DNA of 64,000 nt, from contig OZ025697.1 in the NCBI GenBank assembly GCA_964019335.1, forward strand, positions 1 through 64,000, given 5' to 3'. Each line of letters begins with the position of its first letter. The first letter of the stretch is position 1. Position numbers and translations under genes: made by a program. Source of the stretch: Diplonema japonicum (Eukaryota; Protista; Euglenozoa: Diplonemea). Shown here in pieces: positions 11,626-24,519 of this stretch. The notes under the pieces are model-generated. The model worked only from the letters and a program-made list of their open reading frames with translations, was not told the DNA's origin and searched no databases.

Positions 11626-12618
11626 TAGGGGGGTCATAAGGGGGTCGTTTTTTGCCCTTTTTCAGGCTCTTCGCCAAGGGCATTTTGGGCCCTTAAAAAA
11701 ACTGTACCCACCCCAAAAGTGCCCACAAATCACCCAAAACCCCGTTTGCCGATAGTTTCCGGCCCCAGAAGTGCCCAGAATCATGTTTTAATTTTGAGGC
11801 CCGTTTGGTACTTCGCCTATGTAATCCTAGGGAACATAAAAGGTTTGGGTGATATGTGGGCACTTTTGGGGTGGTTACAGTTTTTTTAAGGGCCCAAAAT
11901 GCCCTTGGCGAAGAGCCTGAAAATGGGCAAAAAGTGGCCCTTTTTAAGGTCCATATGACCCCCCCTAGGGCTACGTTGTCGGCGTACGCGTACGCAGCAA
12001 AATCTGAAAAAGTGCGTACGGCGTACGGCTGTGCGTACGGCTCCTTGGTACAGGCTACGGGTCAAAGGGCTTACGTTGGACAAGAGGGGCAAATGGGAGT
12101 GGGGTACAAAAATAGATGGAAGAGAGGGTGGGCGGCAGGCTTCATGCAAACACTTTTACACCCGATTCGTCTCTATCTAGAGACGTTCTCTTCGTCATCA
12201 GGATCGGGCGCCCTGCAGGTCTTCCAACGCCAGTTCCGTCACACGCCAGTAGTCTCTCACAAACTGCGTGCAGGTGAAACTACGTTTGCTGAAGTAGAGT
12301 TTGACCTGAATTATATCTCTGACAAGAGAATCAGCTTTGTCAAATCTCAATGGCCGATCTTTGGGCTTCCACCTTGAAAGGTGCCCTTACCCGAGCTCCG
12401 TACAACCGCAGGCCTGACCCAAAAGCCTAATGCCAACAGGTCGCAAGAGAGGCCCTTGAGTATCCCACCACATGCCCAGTGACTATGGCCTTAGGCTTTC
12501 CAAAATGAATGCCGTACGCAAAAAATGCGTACGCGTACGCAGCAAAAATAAAAAAAGTGCGTACGGCGTACGTTCGAAATACGCGTACGTACGGCCGTAC
12601 GCCGACAACGTAGCCCTG
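11626..12618 (-). mobile_element. Non-autonomous hAT element (interrupted by the MITE above)
   Basis: TIR TAGGGCTACGTTGTCGGCGTACG / CGTACGCCGACAACGTAGCCCTG, CGTACG subterminal motifs and G8 flanks (8-bp TSD). An internal minus-strand relic WWDTQGPLLRPVGIRLLGQACGCTELG*GHLSRW..RPL..DKADSLV resembles the hAT C-terminal dimerisation domain. Confidence 0.8.
11628..11965. mobile_element. TA-flanked MITE with ~115-125 bp TIRs
   Basis: 11628-11742 is an almost perfect inverted repeat of 11842-11965. TA is present on both sides (11626-27 and 11966-67). Confidence 0.9.
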
Positions 12619-13813
12619 GGGGGGGGGGGGGGGATAAAGAAATAAAAAGACCACCCTTTTTGTTTTTCTAATACATGGTATCCAGAGTTTTTACTAATCA
12701 CCAAACGGGGTTTTGAAAAACGCGACCCGCTTGGCGAAGGAACATGATAAAAGCTGGGGGGGGGGGGGGGAGAGGATAATTCCTTCCCCCCATTTTTTTC
12801 CCCCCTCTCTTTTTCTTTGTGTCTTGAATACCTTGTAAGTCGACTCACAAAATAAAAAAAAACAAAAGATATTCCTTTTTCAAAGGTTTCTATTCTACAA
12901 ATAAAGAAAAAGAGATATAAAAAGAAAACCCCTCTGGAAACTGATTGATAAAAGTTAAGCGGGTCTTTGGAGGGAAAAAAAAAAAAAAAAAAAAAAAACT
13001 ACCCGCTAGCGGATTTTATGCGCTGCTTACAGATAGTCTTTTATGTACTGACAATATTCTATTGTTAATACAAAAAGAAGGGGGGAGGGGAGGGCAAAGT
13101 GGTTGAAATAAAAGAGAAATAAAAAGTATAAAAAAAAACTAGGCATTCTTTTTTTTCGTTTGCGTTATCCGCTTACTTCGTCCAGTGCCTAGTCACGGAA
13201 AAAAAAGGGGGGGGGGGAGGAAACCAAAAACTTACTGTAAACTGGAAGACAAGAGAGAACATATAGAACCGAGCTCCTCTCCCTACGCATTTCCTGATGG
13301 CGAGCACTTAAAAAAAAAAAAAAAAAAATGGCGGTGGGAACTTCAAACGGAATCCCAGTGTTTTTGCAAAAATATGCTGCACTGTCCATTCAAGAAGTAC
13401 ACACTCCACTGGAGGTCCATTCTGCCACCGGAAAATACCTTTTTTCTTTTTTTTTTCTTCCTCAAGACACCAGGTCTGAGTAGATTAAATCTTTGGGTCG
13501 AGAGGAGGCAAGGTTCTATCCTCAAACACGATGAGTCTTACAAGACCCAACCCCATAGTCACAACAGAGGGTCTTCTAAGCGTCAATTACTGCTACTTCG
13601 AATCTCCCCCTGTTTGTACATGTGGGGATCTCAAGTGGAGAAACAATTCTTTTTTTTTTTTTTTTTCATCTTTATTTTTTTTTCTTTTAAAAAATACATT
13701 TTTCCAAAGCTTTTTTCTTTTTTATTTTTTATTTTTTTGCCCCCCTTAAAACTTTCTTTTTTTTTTTACAACTTTTTTTTCTTTTTTTTTTTTTTTTGCA
13801 CATTTTTTTTTAA

Positions 13814-15999
13814 CCATCTATCAACGAGCGTCTATATATAGACGATTTGAAAAATCTTTTACGCAAAGGGCTTTCAATGCAATACGGCCCGGCCCTTTCT
13901 TGCCGGGGGGGTCCTGCGCGGAAAATTTGAAAAATATAAACTAAATGCTGCCCTAACTTAACAAGAAAATGAAAAAATAAAAAAAAACGCCAGCCCAAAT
14001 TTACCCTTAAAAACCACTTCAAAAAATGGCGCTCAGAAAGAGGCCGGAAGAGGACATGATGAGTGATGAAAGCACTGATGGCTCATCCCTAGTATGCAGT
14101 TTTGATACGGACAGTGATTCTGATACGAATTCGATCGATTCCGAGTCACAGCAGGGTGATTGGACGACGGCATCCGGTTTCGTGAGGATCGAAATCCTTG
14201 TGGACCCCGTTTTGCCATCAAAGGCTCAACGCCATACCATATATTCTCCCAAATGCTCGTCCCAAACGTTATTCGGGTCATAGCTTCGAACAGTGTGGCA
14301 AATGCGGCTAGAAAAGGTGTTTCCCTGGATCTCGATGCTGCTTCTCTGCATACCTTCCTAGGTGTCTTTTTGTCGATGGACTTGGATATCAAACCATGTT
14401 ATTCTGATTACTGGCGCACAGACTCCACGTCTCTAAACTACACCCCTGGGTACGCTGCAGTTATGTCAAGAGACCGATTTTTGACTATTCTGTGGAATTT
14501 GTGTTTTCACAGTGAAACACACAAGGGTGCTGGCTTCTACGAAGATAGGCTTTACAAAGTATCGTGGCTGGTGTCCTCGGTAACTTCTGCATGGCGTTTG
14601 GCGTGGTATCCCGAGCAGTACTTGAATGTGGACGAAAGTATAATTCCACATACTGGGAACTTATATTTTAAGCAGTACTCGCCCTTAAAACGCGACCGCT
14701 ATGGCATAAAGGTTTATGTCCTTAGCAGCAGCAACGGGTACACGCTGAACTCCTCCGTGTACAGTGGGAAAAGCGATACTTCGAGTATCGTTACTTCCCT
14801 GTGCACCGATTACTCCGGCAGGGGGCATGTGCTTGCTGCCGATAATTGGTACACCACTGTCCCCCTGGTCCTTGCTCTGTACAAGCAGGGCTTCATGTTC
14901 GTCGGCACTGTGCGAAAGAATCGCAAAGGCCTCCCGGAGACCACGGAGGCCCCAAAGAAGCGAGGCCGCAAGCCCAAGGACGCGGTCCCGACACCCCGTG
15001 GGGACACACAGTTCCACCAGCACGTGGAGCACCCTCTGCACCACATAACGTGGCATGACGTCAAGCCTGTGCGCTTTCTATCGACGTTGGATGCTCCGGT
15101 GAAGTCGTCCTTGACGTGCAAACGCTGGGTCGGTCAAAAGAGAGAAAAAGCCAGAAAGGACATTCCGCTCCCCCACCAAGTGCATATTTACAACACTGCA
15201 ATGGGCGGAACCGACGCTGGGTGACGCTGTGACAAAACGCCATAAACGCACCCTTATGACTTCGAAGTGGCCCCTGAAAGTATTTTCGTACTTGTTAGAT
15301 AAATCTCTGGCAAATGCTTGGCTTGTTTGGAAAGAAGCACTGCCCCCCAACACCCTGAGTGTGAACGACAGTGGATTCACGCCTTTCAAAGAGGCAGTCA
15401 TCGAAGGGCTACTAGGGAGGCAGTCTAAACAACAGCTAAAGTCAACTACAGAGCAGGCTGCCCCAATATCATGCCCCGAAACACAGAACGAGTGCCCTGA
15501 GACCCCAATGCGCCGCGACAGTACCTTCTGGGACCATTTCCCCGAAAAAGTAGCGCAACGTGCGTGCAAGCATTGCAAGTCGAAAAGACCCCAGTTTCAG
15601 TGTTCAGCCTGCTTGGTACAACTTTGCGTGACTCCGTGCTTCAAGGACTACCACCTTGCCGGGAATACCCCCCAGAAACCCCTCTCGGGGTCAAAAAAGA
15701 AGTCCCCCAGCCCTGGGGCACGTACGAACCGCGTCAAGAAGGCCTTAAATAGCTCATAGTATTAATTTTACAGTCGATTTTTTTTGACTTGTTTTTCGTA
15801 CCCCCTCTCGAGCATTTCAGGAACGATATTTTTGACAATGTTGTGGGGGTGGGCCCTGCTGTGGGCACTCTCTCTCTAGAATTGGGACATCTGGAGGCAT
15901 TCCCAGGGGCATATAGCCCCGGCGTTGCGCTAGAATAGTTTTTTTTGAGGTTTTAAAAAATTACCCCCTGGTGGGCAAAAATGGTCCGTTGATAGATGG
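13814..15999 (+). mobile_element. piggyBac DNA transposon, full length
   Basis: 13-bp TIR CCATCTATCAACG / CGTTGATAGATGG. TTAA TSD at 13810-13813 and 16000-16003. Confidence 0.95.
14026..15759 (+). pseudogene. piggyBac transposase with two frameshifts
   Basis: Acidic N-terminus; VDESI, YGIKVY, DNWYT, GTVRKNR, YNTAMGGTD; C-terminal Cys-rich domain CKHC..C..C..LC..PCF..YH. Frame breaks near 14160-14185 and at ~15220 (one extra G). Confidence 0.9.
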
Positions 16000-16337
16000 T
16001 TAAGATTAATTTCTTGAACCCTTGGGGAAAAAAAAAAAAAAAAAAAAGAGGAAAAAAAGCGGACATAGTTACATTTTGCGATAAATAAACTGAAGCTTGC
16101 GAAAACTAAGCTTCTGGAAGTTTCTAAAAGAAAAAAAAAAACTCGATAAAATTTCAGTGTGCATGGGAGTGCTCACTGTAAAAAAAAAGGGGGGGGAAGG
16201 GATTTCAGTAGAACAATTAACGCCTAATCAAGATCTGAATCTGGGACGATTTGCACCTAATCCTATTTGTTAAAAAGTTTGTAAACATCAAACTATTTGG
16301 AATTCTTTGCCGCATTTTTTTTTTTGTTTTTTTTTTT

Positions 16338-16377
<40 letters not shown>

Positions 16378-16517
16378 TTGTTGTGACATGTTGTCCTTCT
16401 TAAGGGTTTAAGTTCTCAAATAATTAAGGGGGCCGAAGGTTTTCATTTTTCGTCTTCATCTTTTTTTTTTTTGAAGGTTTTGCTTAGGTCTTTAAGAACT
16501 TATTAATCTAAAATATT

Positions 16518-16550
<33 letters not shown>

Positions 16551-17461
16551 CAGGGCACTTCACGGACCCGCATCCCGCTCACTAGCTTATTTAGGGGAGA
16601 TGGACAACGGGGAGAAAAACAAAAAAAAAATAATAATAACTAGAACACATCTTCACTTTTTCTTTTTGATATTCCTTAGGGGAAGGGGAGATATAACTTT
16701 GACAACTTTGTTGTCGTGAAAACAGAAAAGACTCTCTCCCTCTGTCTTCTCCTTTTTTCTTCAACGATTGGTAAAGAGGTTTCTTTTTTTTTTTTTAAAT
16801 CTTTTATCCCCGCGCCCTGGTGATAGCTACAGTAAACAAGGGGAGAAAAAAAATGGGGGGGGAAGAGCAGGACCATTCTTAATAATCTGGAAAAAACTTC
16901 CAGAGATATGAAATGGGGAAGAGAAGGGTAGGGGGAAGGGGAAGGGGAGCATCACCACCCGAACTGCAAGACTGTAAGAAACATGCTAAAGTCTCTTTAA
17001 AAAAAAAAAAAAAAAAAAAAGTTGGGTAACAGTCGGCGTAAAGCGGGTCATAAGAAAATGCCTTAACTCACAGAGAGCCCTCTCTATTTGCCTTTGAAAC
17101 CTTTACGAAAAAAAAAGAAACCGAAAAAAAAGGGGGTGCGAGAATGACTCTGGCCGTTGATCAGCCATTGTGCCTACATGCAATTGCTTACATTAGCATC
17201 CGAGTGTTCATACCTCCCTGGAACAGGAAAGGAAAAAAAAAAAGAAGAAGAAGAAGAAGCTTTTTCCTTTTTTTTTTTAACACAACGTAGGGCCACGGGT
17301 GAAATGGGTTTTTTTTTCTTTTTTGAAGCATAAACAAATAAAATAAAAACCGGAAATAAAATGTAAAAAAAAAAAAAAAAAAAAAAAAAATTAAGCTTTT
17401 GCAGACAAAATACCAGAATAAAAAAAGAAATAGTTAATATAGCATCGAAACTTATAGCTCG

Positions 17462-17507
<46 letters not shown>

Positions 17508-17849
17508 AACAATAATAAATAAAAAAAAAAAACGTCCGTAAAAAAATTATTTCCAATATTAAAATTAAAAAAAATTGTACAACGAGAAGTGGAGGGGGGG
17601 GCAAGAGAAGCAGAGGTGTACAAAATTATTTTTTTTTTTTCCCCTTTATAGCAAGTATAGAAATGAAGGGAGGAGGGTTCTGGGGTAAACAGAAAATGCA
17701 GAAGCCAAATATCTTTTCCCCCTCTTCTTTCCCCCCCCCCCCTTTTTTCTTACTCACACCATGACACAGCGCGGGCCGAATCGCATTTTGTGATAGGCCC
17801 AGTTGCTGGTCACAAGGTAAATACAACCGAAGAGCCCTCAAATCTCTAC

Positions 17850-17883
<34 letters not shown>

Positions 17884-17965
17884 TCTGGCTTTTATCAAAG
17901 AGATATGAAGTGTGAGAGAGGGTGAAGAACCGCTGACCCGGGTGTGCGGGTTTAAAAAAACACCA

Positions 17966-17999
<34 letters not shown>

Positions 18000-18000
<1 letters not shown>

Positions 18001-18916
18001 AGAAAAACCACAAACACGACAAGCGAATTTGGATTTTCCACCAAACTCTGTAACCTGTTTTTTGCCCTTTGTCCACGGTAACTCGAATATATTTCTCTAT
18101 TGTTCACGGAAACTTGCAATTTCATATCCACCAAACACGTTTTCAAAATATTTTGTCCACCATCCACGGTAACCACTTTTGAAATCCACCAGCCAACTTG
18201 GCGGCATATTTCTACCATCCACGGTAACCTCGAAAATGTTTCCCACCATCCACGGTAACCACCAAGGCTTTTTCCACCTTCCACGGTAACTTCGAAAATT
18301 ATTTCCACCACCACGGTATCCTCGAAAAGTTTTTCCACCTTCCACTGTCCTTTACTTGACTGACTCCAAACCTTTATCACTACCACAGCCTTCTTTGATT
18401 TATTTCGCCTTCTTCTTTATTCACAACCACGTTGCACGGCGTTCTAACTGACCCCCTGGCCAAGGACACCGTTTTCGCCACAATTGTGGGGACGGCGGTG
18501 GCCCTTGACGGCGCAGAGCCAAGCAGAGCGTCAGAAACAACAACCGTGCCACCATTTCTTTCCCTGTTGGCAATTGCAACATGCGGATTTGCCCAAGTGT
18601 TTGCGGGTCGCTGCTTGGCGTTTAATGTATTTCGCCACCCCCCGCCCGCCTTCTGTCAGGGTCCTGTGTGAAGATAACCTCAAGCCCCCCGTTGTAACTC
18701 AAGATGGTTTACAGGGAACGGTGGAAAATTGAAATCGGGTTTCCGTGTTTGGTGGAAATCGAAATTAGGGTATCATTTTTGGTGGAAAAATGAAATTGGG
18801 TTTCCATGCTTGGTGGAAAAATAAAATTGGGTTACCGTGTTTGGTGGAAAATGAAATTCGGGTTGGCTTGAACGGTGGAAAGTTTTCATTTGGTTGTCGT
18901 GTTTGTAGTTTTTCTC
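18000..18916. mobile_element. Foldback/Mutator-like non-autonomous element with ~30-bp subterminal repeat arrays
   Basis: TIR GAGAAAAAC(C/T)ACAAACACGACAA. Left arm carries CCACC.TCCACGGTAAC repeats and the right arm their inverted copies. Poly-T on both flanks. Confidence 0.8.
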
Positions 18917-18939
18917 TTTTTTTTTTTCCTTCTTCTTCT

Positions 18940-18981
<42 letters not shown>

Positions 18982-19903
18982 TGTCGTTATCACAATCCTT
19001 TGGTGTGTACAATGCTTATTATTTTGTTAAATCTTTTTCTAATTTTTTTCTCTCTTTTTTTTTTTTAAAAAGAATTTCTATAAATTCCTAAAGTAAAAGA
19101 ACAGCGTAGCGAAAAACAAAAACTTAAAGTAAAAAAAAAAAAATATAAAGAGATAAGGAAGCCAGTGTTGGTGGCGCCCTGCACAAGCACTGTCTACTTG
19201 ATGACAGGGCGCACCTCGGCCGAGCGTGTATCTTCTTCTGCATAATTCCGCATCGTGTCCTTAATGCCTGCCCAGCCGAGGAGCTGCAGTTTGCTGCCTG
19301 TTCGTCAGGGCGCTATCGGTGACTGCCCACGAGGGGGTCAACAGCGAACAACATAGCATTGGAAACTTAGCTTCTTATGGTGCCTCTCAAAAAATATTCT
19401 TTTTTCTTCATTCTTTTCTTTTTTTTTCTTTTTTTTGTTCTTTTCAAAAATCTCAAAGGAAGCAAGCAAGAGAAGATGCAAAGAGAGAAAAAGGGACAGC
19501 AGGCAACAGGGGGGGAAAAAAGATTGTTTTGTGTATGGTTTCATTCGTCATTTCTTTTTTTTTTCTTCTTCGAAATCTTTCTTTCACCCCCCTCCTCCTC
19601 CTCCCCAATTCTTCTCTTCTCCTTTTCTTCTTCTGCATCGATTCCTTTCTTTTTCTTCTTCCTTTTCTTGCTGTGTTCGTAAGCAGCTTAAGATTAACCC
19701 GGGGCTGCAAAACCTTCTTAATCTTCTGGCCATAAAGACCAATTGACCGCCAGCCTATCAAAACACACATCAGGCACCAAAAAAAATCGAAATTAAGAGG
19801 TTTTACAAGTATTATTAATACCCCCCTTTCTCCCCCATTTTTTCTTCGCACGCTTTTTTTTTTTTTCTTTTTTTTTTTCTCCTTATAAATGTTTACAGGA
19901 GGT

Positions 19904-19938
<35 letters not shown>

Positions 19939-19940
19939 GG

Positions 19941-20482
19941 TCAGTAGCTCACGGGTAAATCTGTCAACTCGGCCGCTTTCCGATTCAGGTCTGTTATGCT
20001 TGCCTATAAAAATGAAAAATGGTGTCCCCTCCCATTTTTCTTTTTTTTTTTTTCCTTTTCCATACTCTGCAAGTAGGGCACTGTGTACTGTCTTGCAGCC
20101 ACCGATCGATGCAAGAGAGGTGGAAGAAGTGAAGGCAGGGCAAAGTGCGAAGACCTTCGCCAGTTTCAAAGGCATCTAGGCATATCGTGCATGTCTTATT
20201 TTCTTCTGCAAGAACTTTTGAATTACTCAGCTTGAACTTGCAACTGTTGAATTCTATCATTGCCTCGACGTGCTGCCGGACGAGGCACGAACACACAAAC
20301 ATCTGTCCGTTCTGGCTTCGCGTTGCTGGCCGCAAAGGCTTTCTCATGTGTGGTGGAACGTACCTCCCTACTCTCAATTCCTCTGCCCGCCGGTGAATCC
20401 TGTTCACACTCACTGCAGGCACACCCCTCAGCTCTTCTCCCGTTGCAGGGTTCAGCATCCTCATAGTTTGCACTGCGCTCAT
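19941..20482 (-). CDS. RING-H2 E3 ubiquitin ligase (paralogue B)
   Basis: CTICL...LPCLHFFH..CIDRWL...CPTCR. An intron after CPTCR gives the tail ASITDLNRKAAELTDLPVSY*. Confidence 0.85.
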
Positions 20483-20696
20483 TTTTTTTTCTCCCCTTCT
20501 TTTTAGAATTTTGTCAAAACAACAAAAAGAAAACGAGAAAAAGTACTCAAAAAAAAGAAGAAGAAGAAAAAAAAGGATAAAAAAGAAAGATGAAAGAAAG
20601 GCGTACTTTAAGAATACAACTAGAATAAAGAGAGAAAAAAAAAAGGTGACTTGAAGGAAGCCTGCTAGGATCGCCGAGACAAAAACAGAAAAAAAG

Positions 20697-20902
20697 CGCT
20701 CCGAATTTCTAATATGAAGTCTTACCTTTACTTCCTTCGTTGGATCTAAAAGAAAATTGCTATTTTGCTTCTACCAGGGCTGGAATGGCATTTAAAATCG
20801 ACCTTGGGCCCATTTCTGATCATAAGAATTCTATTTTGTGCTTTAAAAAAAAGCTCTCGGTGCGCTTGGAAATAGTGGCTTCAAAATTAGAAATCCGAAG
20901 GG
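20697..20902. mobile_element. Small MITE related to the 25225-27422 element
   Basis: Imperfect TIR CGCTCCGAATTTCTAATATGAAG / CTTCAAAATTAGAAATCCGAAGGG. Shares AGGGCTGGAATGG...GGGCCCA with ~25300-25333. Confidence 0.55.
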
Positions 20903-20947
20903 TAAGAAAAAAAACTAAAAAGCAATAAATAAATAAAAAAAAGCTAG

Positions 20948-22286
20948 TTATCCACCATCACCGTCAACGTTCAACAGTTCCGATGCTCTTCGTTCGAGTT
21001 CCGTGATATCAGTCTAATTAGGTAAAGGTAGGTCCCCCTATTTATTACTTAGCCATACCCTACATGTGGGGCACTTTGCGTTCTCCTTTAACCATCTGTC
21101 TACGCATGAGGGGTGGAAGAAATGCAAGCACGGCAGTGTGCGGAGTGTGTCGCCATTGTCAAAAGATTCCAGGCAGATAGCGCAGCTTTTGTTCTCTTCG
21201 GGAAGCTTTTCTTTGTCTTCTAATGTGAACATGCAGCTGCTGTCTTCTATCTGCTCTGAGTTGATCTGATGGCTTGCATGGGGGGGAGGGTGGACGATGA
21301 CCCTAAAGGGCAGCTGGTTGCCGCTGCTTGGAAGGAAGACACGTGACAGCAACACACCCAAAGGGGAGGCCATCATGCACAAGTGAGGGTGCGGAGGGTG
21401 AGGATGCGAGTGCGAGTGCTGCAATTGCGAGTGTGAGTGCGTGCGGGGTACCTGCTGCGCCCTCACCATCGCTTGCTGCATCTGCGAGGTTTGAGGCTGA
21501 GCTACCTGAGCCGGGTGCACGTACCACTGCCCAGGATTACCATGGGTGTGGCTGTGGTTCTGGCTGTGGTTGTGGACAGCTCTGCTGTGTGAATGGGAAT
21601 GAGGAGGACGAGATGCTTGCGGATTGGCCTGGCTGCTGGGCATGCGGTGCAGGGGCAGCAGCGGTGGTATTCCAGGTGTGGAGCTCGGTTGTGGCGCGCC
21701 ATGGCTGTGGGTGAGGGGTGTATGGTTCTGCTGGTTGCGATGGTTCTGCTGGTTATGGCTGACTTGCGGGTTAGGACTGCGGCTGTGGCTGTGGCTATGA
21801 CTTCCAAACTGGTGAAGGCTATGACTGTGGTTATGCGGAACAGGTGAGCTATGGCTGTGGCCTTCGATAGACGGCGGGTTGGTAAACGCGTACGTCTGGC
21901 TAGGCTGGCCATGGCTGTGGCTGTGTCCAACATTAGGCATGCCGTGGCTGTGGGTGAGAGGTGTTGTTCCGCGAGCCATATCGGTACGCCCATAGGGCAC
22001 GTACCCCAGTGACCGGGTACTTTGCTGCTGTTGCTGCTGAGGCTGCTGCTGGGGCTGGAACTCAGGTCGTGGCTGTACAGGCTGTGTGTTAGAATGCGAG
22101 TGCATGACCTGCTGAGGGCGGGAATGGGTGTGAGCATGGGCAACGACCTCCTGCCTGCCAGCGGTGCTGCCAGCGGTGTCCGTGTATTCCTGTAACAGAT
22201 GAATGAACGAAGAATGACTCACACACCTCAACTTGCAAGGACCGGGCTAGTCTCTCATCAGGGTCCATTTTAGACCTGTTTGCCAT
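20948..22286 (-). CDS. RING-H2 E3 ubiquitin ligase with His/Ser/Gln-rich N-terminus (paralogue A)
   Basis: Exon 1 MANRSKMDPDERLARSLQVE, a 37-nt intron, HSHSH repeats, the RING-H2 domain, then an intron after CPTCR and tail TDITELERRASELLNVDGDGG*. Confidence 0.85.
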
Positions 22287-22342
22287 GCTGGGAACAAAAG
22301 GGTCTACGCGCAAAAATAAATACACGGAAAGTAAATACAATT

Positions 22343-24208
22343 CTAGTGTCTCGGCGATATGTCAAGCATGACAGGTGTGAGTGTCTCCTTGCCGTCGCCG
22401 CTAGGGGAGGACGTAGTAGTATTGAGAAAGGTACGGATAGGGTCGTCGGGCGAATCCCGCACGTCGAGGCAGAGGTTGAGTAGTGTTTTGAGTTCTTTGA
22501 TCTGATTCCGCTGCTGGCGTATCTTGGCCTGGGCTGCACTGAGGCACTTGCTGAACATCTCAGTGTCGACCACTTCCTCCTTCTCTTCCTTACTTTCCAT
22601 CAGCGTCTCTAGGAGTTGCTTTTGCTGGTGGACGCAGTGCAACAGCATCTTCCTGTCACGCCTTGTCAACACCACGTCATCCTCGCCGTCCATCCGCCGC
22701 AGCACGTCCTCCGCCTGCAAGCATGACAGTTGTTTTCCTTGGCATACCGTCTGGTCCTCCCTCTCCGAGTACGAGGCTCCCATTGCCTTTTGGTGCACTG
22801 CTTCCAGTTCCTGGTTCGCTCTTTTCAAGCTAGCTATCTCCTGCAGTTGCAAGTATTTTCGATGCTGCTACCATACCTGCTGCGACTCCATCACCTTCTG
22901 CCGCAGCATGTCTACTTCCTGTTGCGCAGGAGCATCGCGATTCCTCATCTCCGCTGCCTTAAGACGTATTTTAAGATCTGTATTTTCAGACGTCTGCGTC
23001 GTATGTGCCTCGCGCAGCACCTCCAGCTCCCTGTGTGTGTGCTCGTCTCTGAAGGTGCGGTCCGCCGACAGGGTTGACTGCACATTTTTTCGGTCGTCCT
23101 GTATCTTCCTGTAGGACTCTTGCAGTACTCGTGATGAGTTACTGCTCTCTTGTAGTTGTGCCTTCAAAAGCTCTATCTGGGCCAAGCATGCCTTGCCCTC
23201 TGAGGGGAAGGTCACGCTGATAACTTTCGCTACATCACTGGTGCACTGCAGGTACCCCTCCACCGTGTGCGCGATGTTAAACGTCTCATTCGTGGCATCG
23301 GTGACCTCATGGTCGGCAGTGTGACACCTCTCGACCCACGTCTCCAGCTTCGCCGCCGCTTTCTTGCGTTCCTGCTCCCGCAGGGCCAGGTTGTGCTTTA
23401 TGGCATCGATCTCGCCAGTGTGCTCTGCGACAGTGCGCTCGATGCTGTCGTTGATGGACCCGAGGTACACGATCTTAGTCTGACACTCGAGGAAGGGCGA
23501 CGACAGCACGTTGGCCTTGCACTCGCTGGCCACTGCATAGCACAGCTTCAGGACGATACTGCTGACTTCGTCTCTCGACACATTCTGCTGCGCGTAGTGA
23601 ATGTTGAGGTAGTGCACAGCAGAAAGGATGACGGACATGATGCCCTCTGCTGTGAGCTGGAGCTCGTGCATGGAGGCAAGCACCTCATGTGAGATGAGGG
23701 CAACGAGCTCCTTGGGTACGTCCTGTGTGTTGTCGGCGGGGTTGAAGGGGAGCCGCTGCTTATACAGATCCATGAGGGGCATGCCTTCGGTACCTGCTGA
23801 GGACACCGACGATGCGGTCGACAGGTTCGACGCATTCAGTTGGCTTTCGTGTCCTTGCACCTTCCCATAACCTTGACTGTGACTGTGCCCATGACTCTGG
23901 TGGCTTTGGCTTTGGCTTTGACTTTGACTTTGACTGTGTTGATGACTTTGGCTTTGACTTTGAATAGAATGGCCGTAGTCTTCTTGTGGTGGGTCATCCC
24001 CAGGCAATACCCAGCCCCTCCCATGCTTACCTAAACTGACGTAAAATCGCCGTCCGGTCTTCTTGTCCACCTTTACCTTCCATGTCTTGTCCTTGTCCTC
24101 CACGCCGTACCCCTCCACGCTTACAAACGTCTCGCCCCTTTGTGTGTACCTCACATAGCTCACACTGCCCACCTTGTGCTTCGCTATCACGCTCGGCCTG
24201 TCCGCCAT
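22343..24208 (-). CDS. WW-like domain, long coiled-coil protein (2 exons)
   Basis: WKVKVDKKTGRRFYV....GWVLP and a QSQSH tract. A 36-nt GTATGG...CTGCAG intron joins ORFs 22868..24241 and 22343..22852 in frame. Confidence 0.75.
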
Positions 24209-24315
24209 GTTGGCTACTGCGGTAGGTGCATGGAGAGACAAGAGGGAAATTAGAAAGAAATAGGGGGAAAAAGAAAAAGGATCCTCTTCTCTCCTTGTTA
24301 TCTACGTGCGTGTAA

Positions 24316-24519
24316 CTAAATGAAGAACCCTGCCAACTTGTCACCCAGAACAGTGGTTAACTTGGCGGCTATCTGCGCTTTGGCCACCTTTACACCTACG
24401 AAAGCACCTGATGCACCCCCAAGCAGAAACCCTGTCGCACCTCCTAATAAGCAGCACCCACTTCGCGACAGCTTTCTTGCTTCCTTTTCTGCGTGTTTCT
24501 CATCTTCTTGAGTGTCCAT
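24316..24519 (-). CDS. Small glycine-zipper membrane protein
   Basis: CAG|GATG start context and GGATGFLLGGASGAFVG. Confidence 0.55.
   Translation of the reverse strand: MDTQEDEKHAEKEARKLSRSGCCLLGGATGFLLGGASGAFVGVKVAKAQIAAKLTTVLGDKLAGFFI

Noticed and set aside
14090-14190. Intron or programmed frameshift repairing the piggyBac 5' break
   Set aside because: The 31-nt GT-AG candidate has the wrong phase, the alternative needs an atypical GAG acceptor, and there is no slippery site. A simple indel is more likely.
18140-18345. CRISPR-like ~30-bp periodic repeats
   Set aside because: The units are degenerate, the spacers are short and similar, the array is mirrored on the other arm of a TIR element, and no cas genes are present.
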